This document shows positions 25,373 through 28,930 of a DNA stretch of 28,930 bases, piece after piece. The DNA comes from an uncultured Pseudomonadota bacterium (GTDB lineage Bacteria > BMS3Abin14). Position numbers and translations under genes: made by a program. The stretch's first letter is position 1. The number at the start of each line of letters is the position of its first letter. The stretch spans positions 3,208-32,137 of the forward strand of contig CAYVSA010000012.1 in the NCBI GenBank assembly GCA_964454175.1, read 5' to 3'. The notes under the pieces were generated by a model. That model was not told the DNA's origin, ran no database searches, and saw nothing but the letters and a program-made list of their open reading frames with translations.

Positions 25373-26259
25373 TGCGCTATTTAACTTTTTCACTGTTAAC
25401 GGTTCTTTTTGTTGGATGCGGTTTGTCGGAACTGGATGTGGCGGATCATGTGGAAAAGGCCAGGGCAGGAGATAAAGGAGCGGTCAGAGCCCTTGTGAGG
25501 GACCTGGGCGCCGGGGAAAGGGACACATTTATAGCATCTTATAAAGCCCTGATAGAACTTGGATCCTTTGCCCGGCCCTTCCTTATGCAGGGATTGTCTT
25601 CAGAGGACCCGGACATTTTCGAAGGGTGCGCCACCGCCCTGGGTAATATCGGCAGCAGGGAGGCAGTGCCTGTTCTCATTGATATGCTGGGTAATAAAAA
25701 GCCGAGACTGTATGCGGCCGCGTGGGCCCTGGGTGAAATTGGCGATGAATCAGCGATCCTGCCTCTGGTCGGTGTACTGAATAGCGGGAACCAGTCCCTG
25801 CGGAAAGCGGCGGTAAGGGCCCTGATCAAGATCGGGCCTGTGGTGGAAAAGGACGTGAATAAACTGCTCAGTTCTGCCGATCCCATTGCCCAAAGAGCCG
25901 CAATAAGGGTTGTTGGGGAGATCAGGGGAAAAAGAAGCGTCTCCGATCTCTTGAGCATCAAGGGAGTGAACCGGGATGCTGCTGTCTGGGCCATGGGGAG
26001 GACAGGTGACGGCAGGGTGCTCGGCTCTGTTTTAGCTGCGCTCGCTGATGAGAACTGGATGGTTCGCAGGGAGGCTGCAGAGGCCCTGGGAAGCCTTGAG
26101 GACTCCAGAGCTGAACCAGCCCTGACAGGTGCCCTTGACGACGGTGAGACCGTGGTAAGAGAGTGGGCCGCCAGGTCCCTGGAGACCGTTTCCGGTAAAC
26201 AGGTACTGTATCTTGACGAAACCGGGGAGATGGTGCCCCCCTACAACCTGTACAGATAA
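25372..26259 (+). CDS. HEAT/PBS-lyase repeat lipoprotein
   Basis: Lipobox LFVGC; repeats AAAWALGEIGD, VRREAAEALGSL, VREWAARSL. TAATG coupling. Confidence 0.9.
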   Translation: MRYLTFSLLTVLFVGCGLSELDVADHVEKARAGDKGAVRALVRDLGAGERDTFIASYKALIELGSFARPFLMQGLSSEDPDIFEGCATALGNIGSREAVPVLIDMLGNKKPRLYAAAWALGEIGDESAILPLVGVLNSGNQSLRKAAVRALIKIGPVVEKDVNKLLSSADPIAQRAAIRVVGEIRGKRSVSDLLSIKGVNRDAAVWAMGRTGDGRVLGSVLAALADENWMVRREAAEALGSLEDSRAEPALTGALDDGETVVREWAARSLETVSGKQVLYLDETGEMVPPYNLYR

Positions 26260-26262
26260 GAA

Positions 26263-26370
26263 ATGTCGAGATGGAGGAAGTCATTGCTATCCTGTATGCA
26301 GTATTTTCGGTCCAGATCTGATGCGGATATCCCCAGGCTCTATCCTTTCATCGGGTCAGGCGGGTTGTGA
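26263..26370 (+). CDS. 35-aa small ORF MSRWRKSLLSCMQYFRSRSDADIPRLYPFIGSGGL
   Basis: Translated by hand. Starts 3 nt after the HEAT stop and ends in a GTGA overlap with the next gene. Alternative TTG start at 26284 after GGAGG. Confidence 0.55.
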   Translation: MSRWRKSLLSCMQYFRSRSDADIPRLYPFIGSGGL

Positions 26371-27935
26371 CCATGACTGTGAAAAGAGGGATTGCTCCAC
26401 TCTTTCTCAGGAACGGGGTCTTCTGGGCTGCTCTGAGGACAGGGGCCCTGATTTCCCTTGTGTTGGTTTTACGGGTGTCCTGGGGAATGTGGGGCATCGA
26501 GGGTGTGTCTGCTGTTGATCCCCTCATGTACACAAATGTGGGTAACTCCCTGTTCTGGGTCGTTTTGATGATGGGTCTTATCCTCCTCGTTCCTCTGACG
26601 GGAAGGTTGTGGTGTGGAGTATGCCCCCTGGGATATGTCAACGAGCTGGTCTCGCGCTGGGGCCTTTCGAAAACGCTGCCGCGTTTTTTGAGGAATTCTT
26701 TTGTGCCGGCGCTGATGCTGCTTGCTGTAGTGTTGATGATCGGTATCTTCAGAATACACCACTTCCCGGGTGCCACGGCCATTCTCCTTGTAGTCTGGGT
26801 CGGTCTGGCCCTTGTACTTGGACTCGTTTTCCGGGGAAGGTCGATATGCTCAGGCTTCTGTCCTGTAGGCAGCGTCCTTGGCATGTATGCGGGGCTTGCC
26901 CTGCCGCAGATGGCTGCAGCTGACACGGATAAATGCACCCAGTGCCGGACCAGGGAGTGCCGCAGCGGTGTTCAAGCCTGGAACCAGATGGGTGTGGGCC
27001 GTCTGCGATGGAAATACCGGATTCGCAGGCACGCATGCCCAGTGGATATCAACGTCTGGGAAAAAAACAGCAGGCGGAACTGTCTCATGTGTTTTAACTG
27101 CATGAGGATCTGCCCAGTGAATAATGTGCGGCTGGGACTCAGGAATCCCGTTGTACCTTTGTGGGAGGAAGGTTACAGGCGCTTTAGTGAAGTCATCGTG
27201 GGCTCAGTGCTTCTGGGCTTTCTGATGCTGAGTTATTTAAGGTTCTGGCCTGGCCTTACGGAAATAGTAGCGGTGGGCCCCCTGTTTGTGTCCGGCGCAT
27301 GGGGTGTGTCCTGGGGCCGCTTTGCCTATCTGGTGTGGGCGGGGCTTTTGCTTCCGTTTTTGATCGTTTTCCTGCCGTCCCTCTATATATGGACGACTGA
27401 TATGATCTCGTTGCCTCCAGAGGCTGCTGTACCGGATACCGGACCAGTGGGCAGAGGCATGGGCAGGAGAGTGATCCTTCCCCTCAGGGTGTGGCTGGAA
27501 CCTGCCGCCGGCGAGCAGCTGCGGTTGGGAGATCCTGGACTGCCCCCTGAATATGATCCGGGTTCCCTCAGGGGTCTCGCGTCGTCCTTCCTGCCCGCAC
27601 TCATTCCGGTCTTTCTTGGAGGGCATCTGGTTCTTGCACTCGTGAAGCTTAACTCCAAGTTTCCCTATTTCCTTCTCGGTCTCAGGGACCCTTCGGGAGT
27701 CAGGACCTACATGGCCATCGAGGAGCTCGGCGTAGTTTCCAGACCTGATGTTCTACTGCCCATGGGAACCCTGAAGTGGGCTCTGGTCTTTGTTATGGGA
27801 GGGTCCATTATCCTTTCAGGTTATGCTGCAGTGAGGATATCCAGGGAAAAAGCGGTGTCCTGTGTCCCGTATTTCCTTCAGATACTGATAGTGGGAACGA
27901 TTCTGGCCGGGGGTTTGAAAAAGTGGCTCTTCTGA
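26367..27935 (+). CDS. Polytopic membrane 4Fe-4S protein (NapH/CcoG/RdxA-like)
   Basis: GRLWCGVCPLG, RSICSGFCPVG, CTQCRTREC..ACP, CLMCFNCMRICP; many TM helices. Confidence 0.9.
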   Translation: MTMTVKRGIAPLFLRNGVFWAALRTGALISLVLVLRVSWGMWGIEGVSAVDPLMYTNVGNSLFWVVLMMGLILLVPLTGRLWCGVCPLGYVNELVSRWGLSKTLPRFLRNSFVPALMLLAVVLMIGIFRIHHFPGATAILLVVWVGLALVLGLVFRGRSICSGFCPVGSVLGMYAGLALPQMAAADTDKCTQCRTRECRSGVQAWNQMGVGRLRWKYRIRRHACPVDINVWEKNSRRNCLMCFNCMRICPVNNVRLGLRNPVVPLWEEGYRRFSEVIVGSVLLGFLMLSYLRFWPGLTEIVAVGPLFVSGAWGVSWGRFAYLVWAGLLLPFLIVFLPSLYIWTTDMISLPPEAAVPDTGPVGRGMGRRVILPLRVWLEPAAGEQLRLGDPGLPPEYDPGSLRGLASSFLPALIPVFLGGHLVLALVKLNSKFPYFLLGLRDPSGVRTYMAIEELGVVSRPDVLLPMGTLKWALVFVMGGSIILSGYAAVRISREKAVSCVPYFLQILIVGTILAGGLKKWLF

Positions 27936-27937
27936 GG

Positions 27938-28429
27938 ATGATTATTATGGTCACTGCAATTCTGGCCGTGGGGACCCAGGGCGCGGTTGCCCACTCAGGC
28001 AAGGTCATTCCCCTGTGCACCCGGCAGTCCGCCTCCGGCACCCTTGTGGCCCATCTTGTTTCCGCTTTCATAGGAGAACAGATGGGCAGGGATGTGAAGG
28101 TAATAGTGGTTGCAGGCACCCGTGGGTGCTATGCGGAAATGGAAGAGGGAAATGCTCCTATTTCAGTAATTGCTTCAGAAGGATATGAAAAGAGCGACTC
28201 TGTAAAAAAAATTGGGCTCGACCTTGAGACCCCCATAGGCAGCTACTGTATTCTGATGGGCAGTAAGGCTGTCCGGCAGCTTGCCTTCAGTCTGGTGCCA
28301 ATGTACCTGGAACGACTTTCAAAAACCGTTGGATCACTCCCTCTGGCCGAAGCCCTTGAGAGGGTTCGTGCGGGCCGGGGTCCGCGCAGGGTCGCCCTCA
28401 AGGTGCTCAGGGAGGCGGACCTGATATGA
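27938..28429 (+). CDS. Exported protein, divergent paralog of 16064-16675
   Basis: Signal peptide AVA-HSGK; LVAHLVSAFIGEQMG vs IVARILSILVNERTG; PRRVALKVLREADLI vs PARVARDFLKEKKLI. Start 27923 or 27938 rather than 27776. Confidence 0.7.
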   Translation: MIIMVTAILAVGTQGAVAHSGKVIPLCTRQSASGTLVAHLVSAFIGEQMGRDVKVIVVAGTRGCYAEMEEGNAPISVIASEGYEKSDSVKKIGLDLETPIGSYCILMGSKAVRQLAFSLVPMYLERLSKTVGSLPLAEALERVRAGRGPRRVALKVLREADLI

Positions 28430-28452
28430 TCCATCATAAAGTGGAGCTGACT

Positions 28453-28930
28453 ATGAACCCCAGGATCCCTGGATATGCTGCTGCGTCTATTCTGCTTGTT
28501 TCACTTTTATTGCCGTTGATTTCATGCTCGAAGGGCCCGTCTGGTACTTCCGGGGAGAAGGCGGTCGACAAAAGGCAGGTGCTCCGCATCGGTTACATGG
28601 TCTGTGACAGCCTGGAGGATTCGAAGAAGCGCTTCGAACCCCTGAACAGGTACCTTGAAGAGGTGCTGGGAGTCAGGATCGAGGCGGTTTACCTCAACAC
28701 ATTCGACGTGCCGGAGGCCTTTGAAAAGAAAGAACTGGACATTACACACACCAACTCTCTCCTCTATGTTGTAATGCACGAAAAAGGGTTGATTCCCCTC
28801 GCGGGAGAAAAGAGAGGGAACCTGGGAATGAACTCGGCCGGGGGGATAGCGGTCCGTGCTGACAGCTCAATCAAAACGCTCCAGGACCTCAAGGGAAAGA
28901 GGATGATATTCGGGCCGATGATGGCTCCTA
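28453..28930 (+). CDS. PhnD/SsuA-like solute-binding lipoprotein (runs off the window end)
   Basis: Hand translation: MNPRIPGYAAASILLVSLLLPLISCSKG...VLRIGYMVCDSLEDSKKRFEPLNRYLEEVLG...GIAVRADSSIKTLQDLKGKRMIFGP. Lipobox LISC; in-frame ATG also at 28426. Missing from the ORF track. Confidence 0.88.
   Translation, partial: MNPRIPGYAAASILLVSLLLPLISCSKGPSGTSGEKAVDKRQVLRIGYMVCDSLEDSKKRFEPLNRYLEEVLGVRIEAVYLNTFDVPEAFEKKELDITHTNSLLYVVMHEKGLIPLAGEKRGNLGMNSAGGIAVRADSSIKTLQDLKGKRMIFGPMMAP

Noticed and set aside
26271-26321. Alternative 16-aa ORF MEEVIAILYAVFSVQI
   Set aside because: Nested in the better-coupled 26263-26370 frame and lacks a clear RBS.
123-28779. Minus-strand and nested ORFs in the track (e.g. 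6257-6802, 18707-19267, 19343-19897, 26348-26938)
   Set aside because: They are shadows of well-supported plus-strand genes with no recognisable motifs.
1-28930. Selenocysteine read-through at TGA stops
   Set aside because: TGA stops mostly form normal stop/start overlaps at complete domain ends, and Cys motifs (FmdE, permease, Fe-S) are intact.

Overview
A single-strand (+), tightly coupled cluster of about 27 genes. Gene content (sigma54 two-component system, ResB, DUF362/polyferredoxin, FmdE, U32 pair) suggests an anaerobic Desulfobacterota/deltaproteobacterial-type genome, but this is inference. No rRNA, tRNA, CRISPR or transposase was seen. In order: a U32-family pair (first gene truncated by the window), a degenerate AAA+ protein, an FmdE-like protein, a DUF318 permease, an exported FG-GAP/ASPIC-UnbV propeller, five paralogous exported beta-sandwich proteins interleaved with three beta-helix proteins, a membrane spermidine-synthase-like SAM protein, Tat-exported DUF362 plus polyferredoxin, ResB, a histidine kinase and sigma54 regulator, an EbdC-like heme protein with CX3CH, a HEAT lipoprotein, a second membrane 4Fe-4S protein and orphan solute-binding proteins. 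The most notable item is absent from the ORF track: a 20-aa ORF (MKKVRYIKPRVVGRCSVHPC, 10496-10558) with a very strong RBS, a YxxP leader-like motif, a C-terminal CxxHPC and an 11-bp hairpin directly downstream. It looks like a RiPP or peptide-derived-cofactor precursor. A second 35-aa coupled sORF, two good sigma54 promoters, tandem TGACA boxes and intergenic heptamer repeats are also present. All family assignments are motif recognition by eye, with no database search.
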